DNA of 64,000 nt from Eledone cirrhosa (GCA_964016885.1 OZ024743.1:55180001-55244000); one strand, 5' to 3'. Shown: positions 26,110-41,069, counted from the stretch's first letter. Numbers and translations are program-made. Notes: generated from the sequence alone by a model not told the origin.

Positions 26110-27200
26110 ACTTTGATAACTTTGATAGGTTTCGGCCAGTATTGGCCCAGGCCATGTCTAACTTAATAACACCACCTGGCGAAGTCTTACAAATCAGCGT
26201 TTGGGCACCATGGCCCACTCGAGCAGAGAGTTATTGTTTACGGAGGCATATCCGGGTGTAGGAGGCTTATCCGGGATTTCTTGAAGGAATTTATCCAAAG
26301 ACTTCTTCAACTTGATGGGGTCTGTCTCTGCTTTGATGTGTTTTGGTGTAATGTTAAAGAGGGCAGGGCCAATTGAGGTGAAATAATTCTGCCGTATTGT
26401 TGTTATGTGATGTGAGTAGAATTTTTGTCGTGGGCGGATAGCTCGGGGCCCAAGTCTTGGGTGTACACTAAAGGTGATGCCAACATTATTTGGGCTAAGC
26501 TGATGGAATATTTTCCACATCATACAGATAATGTAGCGCTCACGGCGACGTTGAAGAGAAGAAAGTTTGAGCTTTTCTAATAAACCCCAATAGTCAAGGC
26601 CTGTCATGCCAACTATCTTTTTTGTAATTGACCTTTTGGGTGCTTCAACTGTCATGATACTTTGTTTCGTGTGGGGTGACCACAGTGGGTCGGGCAAAAG
26701 TGGAGAAGAGAAGGACAACAGTGTGGATATGTCTCGACTGGAAAGTTCTGAGAATGCAGGAACACATTCTGTGGGCCATATCAACTTTGCTGTTTATATG
26801 AGTGGCCCAGCTTATATTGTTGTCCACAATTACTCTCAGATCTCTGATGTTATTGGAAGCCACTAGAGTTTCACCCGAAGGAAGAGAGTATGGTAGTTTC
26901 AGGGAATCCTTTTTTCCGAAGTGGATTAGTTCAAATTTATCCTCATTCAACAGCATATTATTCATCTCTGCCCATTGGATAACAGCCAGTAGGTCTGACT
27001 GCAGGCAAGTCCGGTCACCCACCTCATTGATGCCCCTTTGAAGCTTGCAATCATCTGCGAAAATTCTGATGTTACTGTGTTTGATGATGTCAGTAATGTC
27101 ATTAATGTAGATGATGAAAAGAAGTGGGCCCAACACAGTTCATTGGGACGCCACTGCGGACTTTAGCAGGGCTTAATGTTACTTTTTCGACTACCAATAC
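26110..27200 (-). mobile_element. 5'-truncated CR1-group LINE (RT C-terminal half)
   Basis: [65 protein letters not shown] and LDKFLQEIPDKP..NSLLEW; frameshifted; short tandem-repeat tail near 26107-26127. Confidence 0.9.
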
Positions 27201-27312
27201 ATACATATGCATATATACATATATATATATACATATACATATATACATATATACATATATACATATATACATATACATATATATATATATACATATACAT
27301 ATATATATATAC

Positions 27313-27413
<101 letters not shown>

Positions 27414-27433
27414 CATATACATACATATATATG

Positions 27434-27465
<32 letters not shown>

Positions 27466-27468
27466 CAT

Positions 27469-27530
<62 letters not shown>

Positions 27531-27541
27531 ATATATACATG

Positions 27542-27696
<155 letters not shown>

Positions 27697-27802
27697 CGAA
27701 GGAAATGTGGTAAGGAACCAGGTGGACCATAACGCACCAAAGTACTCAATACTTGAGTACAGAATTAGCCGTCGAAACGGCTTGAGCTCAGTCTTACTTG
27801 TT

Positions 27803-27934
<132 letters not shown>

Positions 27935-28090
27935 TATACATATACATATATATATATGCAGAGGTTATATTTAATTTGTTGGGATTCAACAAGCTTAAAA
28001 TTTCTTATAACTGATATAAAGCACTCAACAGCTTAGTGGAGTAAATACACAATATATTAATAAATGGAAACTATATTTATAAACCATATT

Positions 28091-28156
28091 TATTTTATTA
28101 TACATATTTCAAGGGCAACCAAGGCAAATTATGTTGCGCTTTCATCAGATAAAATA
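28091..28156 (-). ncRNA. Type I hammerhead ribozyme, family A
   Basis: TATTTTAT-CTGATGA-aag-c-gcaac..gttgc-c-ctt-GAAA-TATGTA-TA-ATAAAATA. Confidence 0.82.
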
Positions 28157-29487
28157 CAGATTTGTTTTATAAATAAATATTGACATACCCGGAAAAAAGA
28201 CAACCTTAACGGTTGGAGCTTCCTGGATAGTGGAGATAATATTTTATTGAGGGTAATACAAAGTTATGAGTGAGTATGCAAATGAGTGTCCGAAAAGTTG
28301 AAAAATAACAGTCTATTTAAATTAAACTGTTGGAAGAAGAGGATATGTAAGGGAGAGAGAAGAAAAGGAAGGAGAAAGAGAGAAAAAGAAAGAAAGAATG
28401 ATTATACATAGTGATAGTGAAGATAGTCAAAGTGAACGTTTTAATTATATTCTTAAGATAATTTTTTTAACTTTATAACATTTATGACTTCTCATAAAAA
28501 CAAAAAAATAAAAAATTTTTTATAGGTTTTTTTATGTATCCTTGGAGTCATTTGAGTTCTTTAAAAATCCCTTCTAACTTCCTTTATACTTCCTTACTGT
28601 TTTTATAATCTAATTAAGTAGTTATTCCTTTTTAAACTCTCGTAAATTTTCATAAATTTGGAATTATTTGGATGTTTAAGTTTTGACTTACGACTATTAA
28701 TAAATATAATTTTGCCAAACTTACTTTAATCAAATAAACTATACTAGATTTTCTAATGTAACATACTATACATTAAATAATTTATAATCCATAACATACA
28801 CATCTAAACCAATATATTATTACTAATACATCTTAATATAATATAAATACTTCTGTTTTAATTTTAATTTTTAATTTTTAATTTTTAATTTTTTATTTTT
28901 TATTTTTAATTTTTAATTTTTAATTTTTAATTTTTAATTTTTAATTTCTAATTTTTAATTTTAATATTAATATTAAATTAATTTTTTAATATTAAAGTAA
29001 ATTTTAATTTTTAATTTTGATTTTTAATTTTTCATTTTAATTTTAATTTAATTTTTCAACTTATTATAAATATTATAATCACAACGTAATGAACCCTACA
29101 TTCTAAATATTATTCTCCCACGTTAATCTTATTTCTTTTTTCACTTCTTCTTTCACTTAGATATATTTACGCTCTGTATATTCTTCCATTAAAATGTATT
29201 TCTTCGTTCACTTTGACTATCTTCACTATCACTATGTATAATCGTTTTTTCTTTCTTCTTCTCTTTTTCTCCTTCCTTTTCTTCTCTCTCCCTTACATAT
29301 CATCTTCTTCCAACAGTTTAATTTAAATAAACCGTTATCTTTTCAACTTTTCGGACACTCATTTGCATACTCACTCATAACTTTGTATTACCCTCAATAA
29401 AATATTATCTCCACGATCCAGGAAGCTCCAACAGTTAAGGTTCTCTTTTTTCCGGCTATGTCAATATTTATTTATAAAACAAATCTG

Positions 29488-29553
29488 TATTGTATCTGAT
29501 GAAAGCGCACCATAATTTGCCTTGGTTGCCATTGAAATATATATAATAAAATA
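29488..29553 (+). ncRNA. Type I hammerhead ribozyme, family A
   Basis: TATTGTAT-CTGATGA-aagcgcacca..tggttgccatt-GAAA-TATATA-TA-ATAAAATA, with some stem mismatches. Confidence 0.72.
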
Positions 29554-29595
29554 AATATGGTTTTATAAATATAGTTTCCATTTATTAATATATTG

Positions 29596-29811
<216 letters not shown>

Positions 29812-29983
29812 CATATATATATACATATATATATACATATATATATATAACTAGAAGGGACATTTAATTTCTTGGAAATACAACAAATATAAATGTTTGT
29901 AACTGATTCAGAGCACTCGACAGTTTTGGAGTAAATATTCAATTATATTAAATAAATGGAAACAATATTTATAAAACCATATT

Positions 29984-30045
29984 TATTCTATTATATATAT
30001 TTCAAGGGTACCAAAAACTTTGGTACGCTATCATCAGATAAAATA
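29984..30045 (-). ncRNA. Type I hammerhead ribozyme, family A
   Basis: TATTTTAT-CTGATGA-tagc-gtaccaaa..tttggtac-cctt-GAAA-TATATA-TA-ATAGAATA. Confidence 0.78.
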
Positions 30046-30195
30046 CAGAATGTTTTATAAATATTTGACATAACCAAGGATAATATACCTTAACGGTTCA
30101 AGTTATCCCTGGAAAGTATAATGACTTTCCAGGGATAACTTGAACCGTTAAGGTATATTATCCTTGGTTATGTCAAATATTTATAAAACATTCTG

Positions 30196-30257
30196 TATTT
30201 TATCTGATGATAGCGTACCAAAGTTTTTGGTACCCTTGAAATATATATAATAGAATA
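30196..30257 (+). ncRNA. Type I hammerhead ribozyme, family A
   Basis: Mirror copy of 29984-30045. Confidence 0.78.
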
Positions 30258-30304
30258 AATATGGTTTTATAAATATTGTTTCCATTTATTTAATATCATT
30301 GTGT

Positions 30305-30400
<96 letters not shown>

Positions 30401-30603
30401 GTGGTCACACAACAGTTAGTTCACCATACCGAGATTGTTTCACCTTAGCGAATCCTCAGCTCGTTTACGAGCTGAGGACCCGCTAAGGTGAAACAATCGT
30501 TCTCGGTATGGTGAACTAACTGTTGTGTAACCACTTCTCCCTAACTCGTCCCATGGATTGAGTGCTCTACCACTACGGATATTACCTTTCAGTGTTCTAC
30601 CAC
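30401..30603 (+). mobile_element. Solo PLE terminal repeat (family E) with short fold-back
   Basis: Inverted arms about 30402-30464 / 30467-30533; homologous to 22712-22845 and 41180-41252. Confidence 0.8.
30468..30505 (+). ncRNA. Hammerhead motif, family E, with intact core
   Basis: CGAG-CTGAGGA-ccc-gctaa-ggt-GAAA-CAATCG-TT-CTCG; stem II is very short. Confidence 0.6.
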
Positions 30604-30635
<32 letters not shown>

Positions 30636-30695
30636 CATACATATATACATATACATATACATATATATATACATATACATATATATATGTATATA

Positions 30696-30808
<113 letters not shown>

Positions 30809-31532
30809 GTATATATAAATATATATATATATATATAAATAAAAACAAAGATCGTGAATTAGCAGAGTCGTTAGAGCGTCGGATACCTTCTACATTCCAA
30901 TGTCGTTGAGGTAAATTTGTCTTTTATCCTTCCTGGATCGATAAATCGATGTAACTACTCTGTACTGGGGTCGATATAAGCGTCCATCTTTCTATTAAAA
31001 ATGTGTGGGTCTTGTGATTAATTTAGAAACAGATAGTGGTGGATTTGTTGCTATATTTCACACCTGTCGTGCGTCTATTATCAATATTGGAGGCGTGTGT
31101 GTGAATGTTTCACACGAATTATGTTGCACTCCTACGGGAAGCACAGGTGTGTGAGAATATTTTTAACTATAACAACATGCCTCCGTTGCTGAACACCAAC
31201 AAGAGGACCCATCAACAACAACTCCTACTCCGACTCCACTAAAACTACCACCCTTGTCATATCCTCACCACTAGCACCACCACCACCGCGCAACACACTT
31301 CCTTCACAAACTTCAGCACCCGTCACGAAACCCACCACCAACACCACCACTAATTGTTTCTCTGGGGATAAAAGAAATAAATGATTTGATAGGTGATGTG
31401 TTCACTAATCCCAAGAGATTAGTGTTAAAACAAAGATAATCCCCCCCGCTTATCTCGTATACATTATTATTCTAAGGTACTTCACTTAAATGACCAGTTA
31501 AAGCAAAACATTTAAAGACAAAGGAAATATCG

Positions 31533-31663
<131 letters not shown>

Positions 31664-31794
31664 CGACCACACTGCTCCTTGACAGTGTAATTAGGAGCTC
31701 TAACCCTAGTGCTGTTAGATCGACTCTCCATATTTCTTTTCAATGGCTGACAATACCTTACCGGCGCCACTCGAATAAGGTAGTTATTTAACCC

Positions 31795-32210
31795 ATAAAT
31801 GCTGCTGTACGGGTCTGAGACTTGGACACTGACCAAGAAACTCACTCAGATGGTGGATGGGTGCTACACGAGAATGCTGAGAATGGCTCTGAACATTAAT
31901 CAGTACACACTGATGATGAAAAACTCAGAGCTGTATGGGAGCCTCCTAAAAGTCAGCTCAAAAATGACACAGAGGAAACTGGGGTTACCTGGACATGTTC
32001 ACCGACATCCAGAGTTTACATTGCACTCAGTGCTCCTGTGGGAGCCCCTACATGGACACACTGGAGGAAGAGGAAGACCAAGGTTCACGTATGTTGATGC
32101 CCTAAGGACAGACACTGGTCTGTTGGAGACGCAGGAGATGGCAGCGATAATGAGGGACGGAGACTGCTAGAGAGAACTCGTCCATGGATCTCGGGAATTT
32201 TACCCGCCCT

Positions 32211-32212
<2 letters not shown>
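31795..32212 (+). mobile_element. 3' fragment of an RTE-clade LINE
   Basis: LLYGSETWTLTKKL..DGCYTRMLRMALNI, GHVHRHPE and VLLWEP.HG..GRGRPR.TYVD motifs. Confidence 0.88.
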
Positions 32213-32240
<28 letters not shown>

Positions 32241-32247
<7 letters not shown>

Positions 32248-32343
32248 TAACAGATTAAAGTTTAAGCAAAGAATCGCTGCTTTCACCCTTAACGGGATCT
32301 TCTGAAACATTGGATTTTAGTCATCAAATTTATTATTATTACT
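32241..32343 (-). mobile_element. Miniature derivative of the 16360-19332 PLE (terminal repeat end plus inverted leader piece)
   Basis: 32241-32308 matches 18872-18939; 32313-32343 matches 19302-19332; lies in (TA)n. Confidence 0.8.
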
Positions 32344-33775
32344 ATATATATATATATATATATATATATTCGAAAGTAAGGTTTATTATTATGTCCCACA
32401 CGGGTAAAAATATGGGGAAAAGAAGGTGAAAATGTAATTGGAGTCTTGAAGAAGGTTCATTTATGATACATTAATTAATTTATGATTTTACCGGTTTCAC
32501 AAGTTTCGTGGTTTTCAAGAGAGATGGAGAAATGTGTGGCTCTGCCGACTTGTAACTCGCATCTAACTGTTACAAGGGATTTCTTTCAGTTTTATGCAAA
32601 TAACTGTAGCTCAGGTTCCTATATGTTTGAAGTACAATTTGATAATTGAGGAATATCACGTGATTCGCTATCTGAGCTACACACGACTGACTTGCTGGTT
32701 ATCCTGGCCCCAAGTCACCGTATGCCATTGCCCACTGCAATTGGTCGTATGCCAACGTAATTCTTCTTCAACGCCGTCATCGGGATCCCAAGTATAAGGG
32801 ACGCTAACTGAAGAGTTCGTATCATGCATTCGGGCTGCTAGTCTCGAGCGCCTGGTCGATGGACAACACTCACGCTTTGGCCACGAACGTGCGGGCAACG
32901 CTGAGGATCCTGATGACACTCCGTGGTTGTCAGAGCAGGGAGATTGCTACCAAGACCTCGTCCTGACTGAGCCTATTTAGGATCTCCTTCTGTCCTGACC
33001 CTGTGTCCACCAGTGCCTTTGGTTCTACCTCTAATGTCGAAGAAGTTAAGCAGCGTGGGTAGTGCCACCGGAGCAGAGATTCCGATTCACGTAGGATAAG
33101 TTTGACGCAAGAAATTATTACAGTTGGAATACTTTCTTCCTCTCTTCCACCTATTGCGCGTGCCACACGAACTACACTGTTCGACTTCCTGCAGGGTGGA
33201 GTGGGGGCGCTGATAAGGAGCTTTAGATATGTCTTGATCTGGGATGAGTAATGTAGTTGTATGGGACTACAGCCGGGGTTTATGGAACACGTGTGATTGA
33301 AGGGCGAGTTGATAAATCGAAGAGATAGTGAGAGGAAGAAATGGCGGATGAGAGTGAGGGAAAGACAACAATGCTGAAGACTAAAGGGGGAAATTTATTT
33401 AATTGATGAGAAAAAGAGAGGTTGGCTAACTGTATACAAGTATGTATTAACTGTATATATATATATATATATTATGATGTATCCAGTATTGAAAAATTGT
33501 TTGTTCGGTAGCTTCTCAACAGCGGTACGTCCAGTGTTGAAATGATGTTTGTTCATATTACTTAATTATTTTCAAAAGCATATAACGTTACAAGCCACTA
33601 TCGAAATAATGTCTCTTTAAAACATTAGAATCACTTTGAAATAAATTTGTTTGTGTCCACTTCCCAAGTTCTCTCATGTTTATGCAACAATCGTTTCGTC
33701 CTCCATTCTGCCTTACTTCGGGTTGTGTGAGTTTTACCCCTTTTCTCATTACTCATTCGCTTTCATTTACCATAT

Positions 33776-33820
<45 letters not shown>

Positions 33821-34467
33821 CTCTTTCTCTCCCTCTTTTTCTCTCTTCCTTTTTCTTTCGCTATCTATCTCTCTTTTATATCTTCCCCATCTTTCTTACC
33901 TTCTTTCAACGTTTGTCATACAGACTTCTCTCTCTTTCTATAGCTATATATCTATTTTTCTAATTTTATCTGCACTCCCTCAATGTTCTGGAATATTTTC
34001 TTTACTTGTCATTTAAACAATTTATCGTACATAAATGTTTCCATCTGCAGCTATAACATTAACCTTATAACATTAACCCATAGGGTGGTGGATTGGCAGA
34101 ATCGTTAGTTTATCACACATGATTTGCGGCATTGTTCCGGTAGTATACGATCTCAGTTCCCATTCCACCGAGGTCAACTCTACCAGTCATTTGTCTGGGG
34201 TCGATAAAATAAGATACCTGTCAAGTACTAGCATTGTGAAATCAACTTTCCACTTTCCAAACTAGAAACCGTTATTATTCCGGTGTTCAATTCTGCCAGA
34301 TACCCTTCAGTGAAATAATGTAATAAAAGACCAGTTATGACTCTGGACGTTTTAATTGACTTTCTCTTCCTCAACAAATTACAGGCCTTGTGCCTAAATT
34401 AGAAACCATTATTATAAATCTGAGTTCACATCCCACCAAGCTAAACTTTGGCTTTCGACTTTCTGTA

Positions 34468-35200
34468 TAGTAGCAGAGGTAACCGGCAATGCCTGGTATA
34501 TTATGAAAATAACAATATATTTTGTTATATATCACAAAATATTTGACCAATGTAATAGGACCGCTGTGTATGTTCACTGAAGTACGAAGTATAGCAGAAT
34601 TTTCTTTATAAACTGTTCATTATAAAAGATAAAAAATATTGTTTGATTTGTACAGTGGTGTTGCTGAAATAAACTCGCACAAACTCGTGAGAAATGAGAG
34701 ATAACCACATATTGAATTGCAACAGTTCCTGAATGTTATAAGTTCAACATAATCGAAAGCTTTTTATGTTCCTGTCAGCCAAGAATGAGGTTATTTGAAT
34801 TGGGGATATGTATTTTTGAATATATTGAATGATCGTGCCTCTGGGGTATTCGGGAAGGACAGATTCTTCAGAATTCAGGAGGTCCATGTATTGTAGAGAG
34901 GTAAACTTTACCTCTGAATAGCACAGACATGGTGTTACTGCTACCCCCTTCTTGGCATCATATTGTTTACAGCATTTCTTCATTTTCCAATGATTTGTGG
35001 ATTGCTGGTGTAGTTCTTTTGGGAGTCATGAAAGAAGCATCCACCAACAATTTCATATTTCGTATGGCTTATGTTTCTGCTTGGACTGTAGAATAGTGAG
35101 CCTAATCAACATTACAACTATTTTGCTGGTGTTTCTCAGTTTGTTGTTCTCGTTCAGCAGCAATCCTGTAACTGTTTTGATCCAAACAGTGCTTTCTGAC
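34468..35200 (-). mobile_element. Degenerate Helitron remnant
   Basis: IGKMKKCCKQYDAKK..PCLCYSEVKF and IQKYISPIQITSFLA resemble the Helitron RepHel N-terminal Cys region. The 3' end CCAGGCATTGCCGGTTACCTCTGCTA resembles the end at 52316-52343. Confidence 0.55.
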
Positions 35201-36015
35201 TAACTTTGCCTTTCATCCTTACGGGGTCGATAAAATAAAGTACCAGTAATGCACTGGGTAATTGCTGGCCTTGTGCCAAAAGTAGAAACAATTAATTTAT
35301 ATACTCGTGTCAAAGCATTTTGCATCTTGTTAGCAGCGGGACGGACCTGTCGAGTTGCTTCACTATCTATCACCAGACCGCTGTGCTTTCTTTCTCTCGG
35401 CTTCTGAAGGGGACCTTCTATATAAAAATCTAAAATGTTTCGGAGGCAGTGTAAGTGATATTACACATCACACTTATTTCAACATTGGAACTTCTACTAT
35501 AGAATATATTGGAAGTTCACTCCGTTTTCATAACCACAAACGACACTTCCATTTTACAATTCAACTTTTGTAGGCGATTACATAACTACATTGGAACATG
35601 TCTTAGAGACTCTATTGTATGATAAATGTTTCTTCGAATTTGTTAAAATCCACATTACACATACAAACATTTACGTATGTAAGTGTGTGTATGTGTAATG
35701 TAGCGTTGTAAGTGTGTGTATATGTAATGTTGTGTTGCTGCAAACGCCATAATCAAAGAACGTTGTCTCCTCTTACATTCTATAAAACATTTATCTATTT
35801 ACTCTATTTTTCTCTTGTTATCACAGGGTTAAATACAATAAGAAGTTAAGGGCTGAAACATTAGCTTGAGGAGTTTTTATTCTCTGAAGACCTACTGTCT
35901 AGTTCTCTTAAAAGTTTCTAACCACATATAAATATAAATAACACATACACCTTTAACAAAGCATATATCACATACCACCTATATTAATTATATATACAGA
36001 AGCACACAAACTCAT

Positions 36016-36146
<131 letters not shown>

Positions 36147-36419
36147 AGGTGAGAGGGTGAGAGAGAGAGAGCTGTCGGGAGGATCTGAAGTTTACAAGAG
36201 AGCGGACAAACCCAACAAAAACATAATGATTTTTGAAGTCCACTCCCTTGAACACATGATTGGTTCGGAAAGGTAACCTTTTACTCAATGCAGCTGTCTG
36301 ATAAAATCACGATATTGGTTGATTAATCATGTGATCAAGATCGTCAGTGAAGTATATATCACGGCCATATAAATAAAGGACTTTAACATCTACAACTTCG
36401 CATATTCCGCATTATATAT

Positions 36420-37205
36420 ATCAAACCGACATCACAACATTGAAAGACTCCAACATTAGCTTCTCCACATACTGGGAAATTGTCAGCAGGGCAATACCGT
36501 ACAACTTAAAGAGGAAGTGCCAGCTCTGTCTCATGGAACTTTACCATATCGTAAGAGCACCCTTTGAGCTCATCAACAGCAGAGCAGAATCTGTGATAAA
36601 CTGCAGACAGAATACAGCAGTTGAGACCTGAACACCATAAACTGAGTCCCCCTGCACCAAACCATAACGCGCTGGCGGGCAGATTGCATAACTAAACATC
36701 TGTACACCAACTATACCTCTTACATCCGGCTTGACTAGGCAACAGTAAAGTAGCACCCATAAAACAGTAGTGGAAAACAACCACCATGTGAACGGATAAT
36801 AAGCCATTTAGGGACACTTATTCAAACACCGGTCTGAGTTACTCCCCTTGCTTTGTGACAATAACGACCATGTCTGTTTGAATCAAGAATGAACTTCGAC
36901 GTGACTATCTTCTTAAAACCCCTTCTGGGTTCTATACTGAACACTCTCTAGATTTGTATGCCCTTGAGAAGCCCTTTTCGGGCGAAACGTACGTAGGTGC
37001 TTTTGTATAAATATGTTTTAACAGTATGTATTCTCCTTTACAATCATTTTATTTGTAACCGCTCTGCTTATATTCTCGCCCACTAAACGCCTCCCATATT
37101 TAACCCTGTAGGCACAAGTATTGAGCACAAATGCACCAGCTTTTGGCAACTAACTATATGTATCGCTTATCCCTTTAAACTTCTACTTTCTCACGATACT
37201 AAAAT
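36420..37205 (+). mobile_element. PLE 3' fragment (endonuclease C-terminus plus 3' region)
   Basis: LKDSNISFSTYWEIVSRAIPY..CQLCLMELYHI..INSRAE..NCR, homologous to the ends of the PLE ORFs at 16609 and 47827. Confidence 0.75.
36960..37000 (+). ncRNA. Hammerhead motif with U3-A8 core variant
   Basis: GCCC-TTGAGAA-GCCC-ttttc-GGGC-GAAA-CGTACG-TA-GGTGC; palindromic stem III ACGTACGT, GUA triplet. Confidence 0.7.
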
Positions 37206-37325
37206 ATTATATATATATATATGTTCAGATCTAGCTGTCGAAACGACTGGAGCTCAGCCATCAGGGTCCTGAATCTTATTACAGGCATATATAAATAAAT
37301 ATATATATATATATATAATCGTATT

Positions 37326-37391
37326 TATTTAATTATATATATTTCTGGGATATCATATTAAAAATATGGTATGCCTTCCTCAGACAAAATA
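37326..37391 (-). ncRNA. Hammerhead motif, divergent family A relative
   Basis: TATTTTGT-CTGAGGA-aggcataccatatt-ttt-aatatgatatccca-GAAA-TATATA-TA-ATTAAATA; partial inverted copy at 37466-37510. Confidence 0.65.
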
Positions 37392-37508
37392 CAATATATA
37401 AGCCAAATCAACTTTTTAAATGGAAGTTGCATTATTTTAAGGTATGTCAAATTTATTTATAAAACGGCTTATATATTGTATTTTGTCTGAGGAAGGTATA
37501 CCATATTT

Positions 37509-37540
<32 letters not shown>

Positions 37541-37611
37541 ATTATGGGTCATATTGTTATCTGTATGTATCAGTATGTATCTATATGTATCTGTATGTAT
37601 CTATATGTATC

Positions 37612-37703
<92 letters not shown>

Positions 37704-37796
37704 CACGCCTACACCCATAGAGGGACTATACACACACACAGACATATACTCGCTCTCCCCCAACCGCTCACACTTACATCCACGCATACATCTATG

Positions 37797-37885
<89 letters not shown>

Positions 37886-38181
37886 TTGTGTTTATATATA
37901 TGTATATACAGGCCTTATAAAAAAAGTGCACTATATACAATATCTAATGTTACTAGACAGAAGTGATTTACGTACATTAGTTGATGATAGCATGATAAAT
38001 ATTTTAATGTACCAAGCATGGTCTAAATATCCTTAGACCGGGTCGAATAGGCGCCAACAACCATTGATGAAAAGCACATCACGTGATATAATGTATTCAT
38101 CAAAAAGAAAGAAAAACACCATAAACCATTTTCATATTTCACCCCCGAGATCTCATATCTCTGATCGTGTATGGATATGTG

Positions 38182-38224
<43 letters not shown>

Positions 38225-38420
38225 ATCTGTGTGTGTGTCTATGTGTGTGTGTGTGTGTACGTGTATGTATGCGTGTATATGTGTTTGTGTGTGTGTATAC
38301 GTGTGTTCTGGTATTATTTTTTAATTTCTTACAAGTCGAGAGAGGGCCGGCTTCTATCACAGTAATTAGAATTTATTGGAATATAGACAACAATATATGT
38401 ATATGTATATACATACATAA

Positions 38421-38486
<66 letters not shown>

Positions 38487-38540
38487 ATACTTTGGGAGGG
38501 TCATGTTGCCAATAATTCAGAAACGAAATTCAGAAACGAA

Positions 38541-38741
<201 letters not shown>

Positions 38742-38959
38742 AATATATATTTACATATATATATGTATAATGTGCATATGTTTTCAATTATGTGTGCACA
38801 TATGTTTCTATATTTATACTGCTGTGTATGCAGTTATAACATGATGGAATTCTGGAATATTTTACATTCTTGCAGTTCGACCAATTGTCATCACTTATAT
38901 TCTCCTAATTAACCATATGTATATGTGTATTTATTTTTGTATATGTGTATGTATCTGTC

Positions 38960-39600
38960 AGGTCGCTCTCGACTGCTACTGGTAACATGTAACCCAGTAA
39001 ACCTGTGTCGTGGTCGGGTCGTCGGCAACTAAACCGGCAACCCCACCAAGTTTGCTTGGTGAGGAGGGTGATATTTGACACCCTGCATGATGAAATACAA
39101 GACCCAGCAAAGGGCGGAGTAACTGAGCAGAGTCAACAGCCATCCAAATAGTCATTTTTTTTTTCGCCCGGGAGTGAAAGGCCCAACATCTTTCTAGGAG
39201 AGAGAAACTCTGAAAAAATAAAATGCAAGCATAGCAATCCAGATATAATGATATGGGACAGGAAAAGAAGGCATGCACAGTAATGGAAGTTAACTGTCCA
39301 GCAGATGCCAATATAATATTAAAGATTAGCGAAAAGGAGAATATCTATGCAGAACTAACGAGAAATCTGCAGATACTCCAGCTTGACTATACCTTGAGAT
39401 TTATACCTGTGATTATTGGGGCACTGGGATATGTTAGTAACTGCCTCAGTACAAATCTTGAGAAGCAGGGGTTCACAGAAACAGAAAGAACACGACTAGT
39501 TAGGAAATTACAAGTACAATCCATTAATGGAACAGGAAAAATATGTAAAATATTCCAAAATTTCTGCATCTAATAACTGCATATACACACGTACAGATAC
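38960..39600 (+). mobile_element. LINE leader joined to an R4/Dong-like restriction-like endonuclease C-terminus
   Basis: PDIMIWD, EVNCPAD.NI..K..EK..IY.EL and IPVIIGALG motifs at 39239-39573; leader 38960-39215 is homologous to 10200-10545 on the minus strand. Confidence 0.7.
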
Positions 39601-40124
39601 ACACATATGCACGTACACACATATAACTCAAAACATACATTCACACATACAATAATATCCATACCTGCACACACAACTTTCTATTTGTCTATTTCTTGCT
39701 ATTTCCGTTCTTCTCATACGTTTGTTTCGTTATGATACTAGGAATACTGCATTGAGAATCTGCTTTAGTAGCTATTTAACTCTTCCCTTCTTTTCTTTAT
39801 TGCTTGTTACCTCTCTTCTCGTCTCTCTGTAATCTCGAATTCTTTCACAAAAATCATTATCGTTGTTCTTGCCCTATCAACGTCCATATGTCATATATTC
39901 TTAAAATGTCAAATTTTGTTATGAAAAATAACATCTTCTCTGCCTGCACTTTGGAAAGTGGGGCGTTGAATGAAACTTAAAGGTCTCAGTCAAAGTTGGC
40001 TTATATCCTCGTTCAAACCGTTTTTCACAAAACTTTAACTAGACAAATTTCTGTATGTAAATACCAAATTTTAGTTAAAATTGTCTAGATCCCGACCGTG
40101 TCTATGTTTTGCCAGAAGTAAATA

Positions 40125-40979
40125 ATGGTTTAGGCACAGGCCCAAAACTTTTGGGAAGGAGAAAGCCTATTAGATCGATCCTAGTGCATTACTGGTACTT
40201 ATTTTATCGACCCCGTAAGGTTGAAACGCAAAGCTATCCTCGGCGAGATTTGAACACATGACGTAAAGGGACACAACTCTATGGTATAAAGTATTTTGTC
40301 TGATGCTCTATCAATAATATCAATCCACCGCCTCTTAATAATGGTTTCTAATTTAGCCACAAGGCCAATATTTTTGGGGGCGTGGAAAGTCGATTAAATC
40401 GATCCTAGTGCGTTATTGGTACGTTATGTTATCGAACTCGTAAGGGTCAAAAGCAAAGCTAACTTCGGCGAGATTTGAACACAGAACGTGAAGGGCCATA
40501 AACTGTATGCCGCAAAGCATAGACTTTATGCCAAACCACCTGCCCTCCCTGCAGTGGAGCTCTATTCACGATTGAATCGGTCGATAGCCATGTGACAAAA
40601 GCTATTCAACAGACCTCCACATGTCCGGACAATGGACAAGTGCGTGCAGAACGGTTTCATCGATGAGTGTGCATCTCGGTCAGGTTGTCTGACAGCACAT
40701 CCATGCCTGCAGAGTTTGTCCCAAAACATCAGTGCCTCTCGGTAGCACTCTCAGGATAGGGGTTTCTGGAAATTGTCCATAATCCCCGGACTAAATACCG
40801 ATTTCTAATTTAGGCACAGTGCCAATAATTTATATGGACCCAGTTCATCACTGGTACTTTATTTTATCGACTCCAGAAAGATGAAAGTCAAAGTTGACTT
40901 CGATGGAATTTGTAAAGTTGAGAGCTACTACAAATACAATATGTTATTTTGACGCTCTAATGATTCTGTCAATCCACCG

Positions 40980-40980
<1 letters not shown>
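40125..40980 (-). mobile_element. Cluster of three Nin/Deu-domain SINE copies
   Basis: Copies at about 40125-40333, 40340-40520 and 40800-40980, each with GGCAC/GCCAC, TGGTAC, TTATCGA and GATTTG motifs. Confidence 0.8.
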
Positions 40981-41015
<35 letters not shown>

Positions 41016-41020
41016 TCTCT

Positions 41021-41069
<49 letters not shown>

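Larger units (their letters stand above)
27958..29594. mobile_element. ORF-less fold-back PLE derivative (family A)
   Basis: About 390-nt inverted arms 28050-28438 / 29205-29594 around an AT-rich spacer with (TTTTTAA)n; an extra tail of about 90 nt is shared with 61728-61830. Confidence 0.85.
29945..30296. repeat. Apparently perfect 173-bp-arm palindrome (family A fold-back)
   Basis: Arms 29945-30117 / 30124-30296 with a 6-nt loop ATAATG; tail 29850-29945 is homologous to 46262-46363. Confidence 0.9.

Noticed and set aside
29945-30296. Palindrome as purely an assembly artefact
   Set aside because: It cannot be excluded for this perfect copy, but the same architecture recurs with diverged arms (28050-29594, 46363-50009), which argues for a biological origin.
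32594-33180. Short ORFs in a GC-richer island as host exons
   Set aside because: No consistent frame, splice sites or motifs; it lies inside a TA-bounded element whose end resembles 43860-44040.
38975-39060. Twister or HDV-like ribozyme in the LINE leader
   Set aside because: Hairpins are present, but I could not place the required pseudoknot and loop consensus in both copies.
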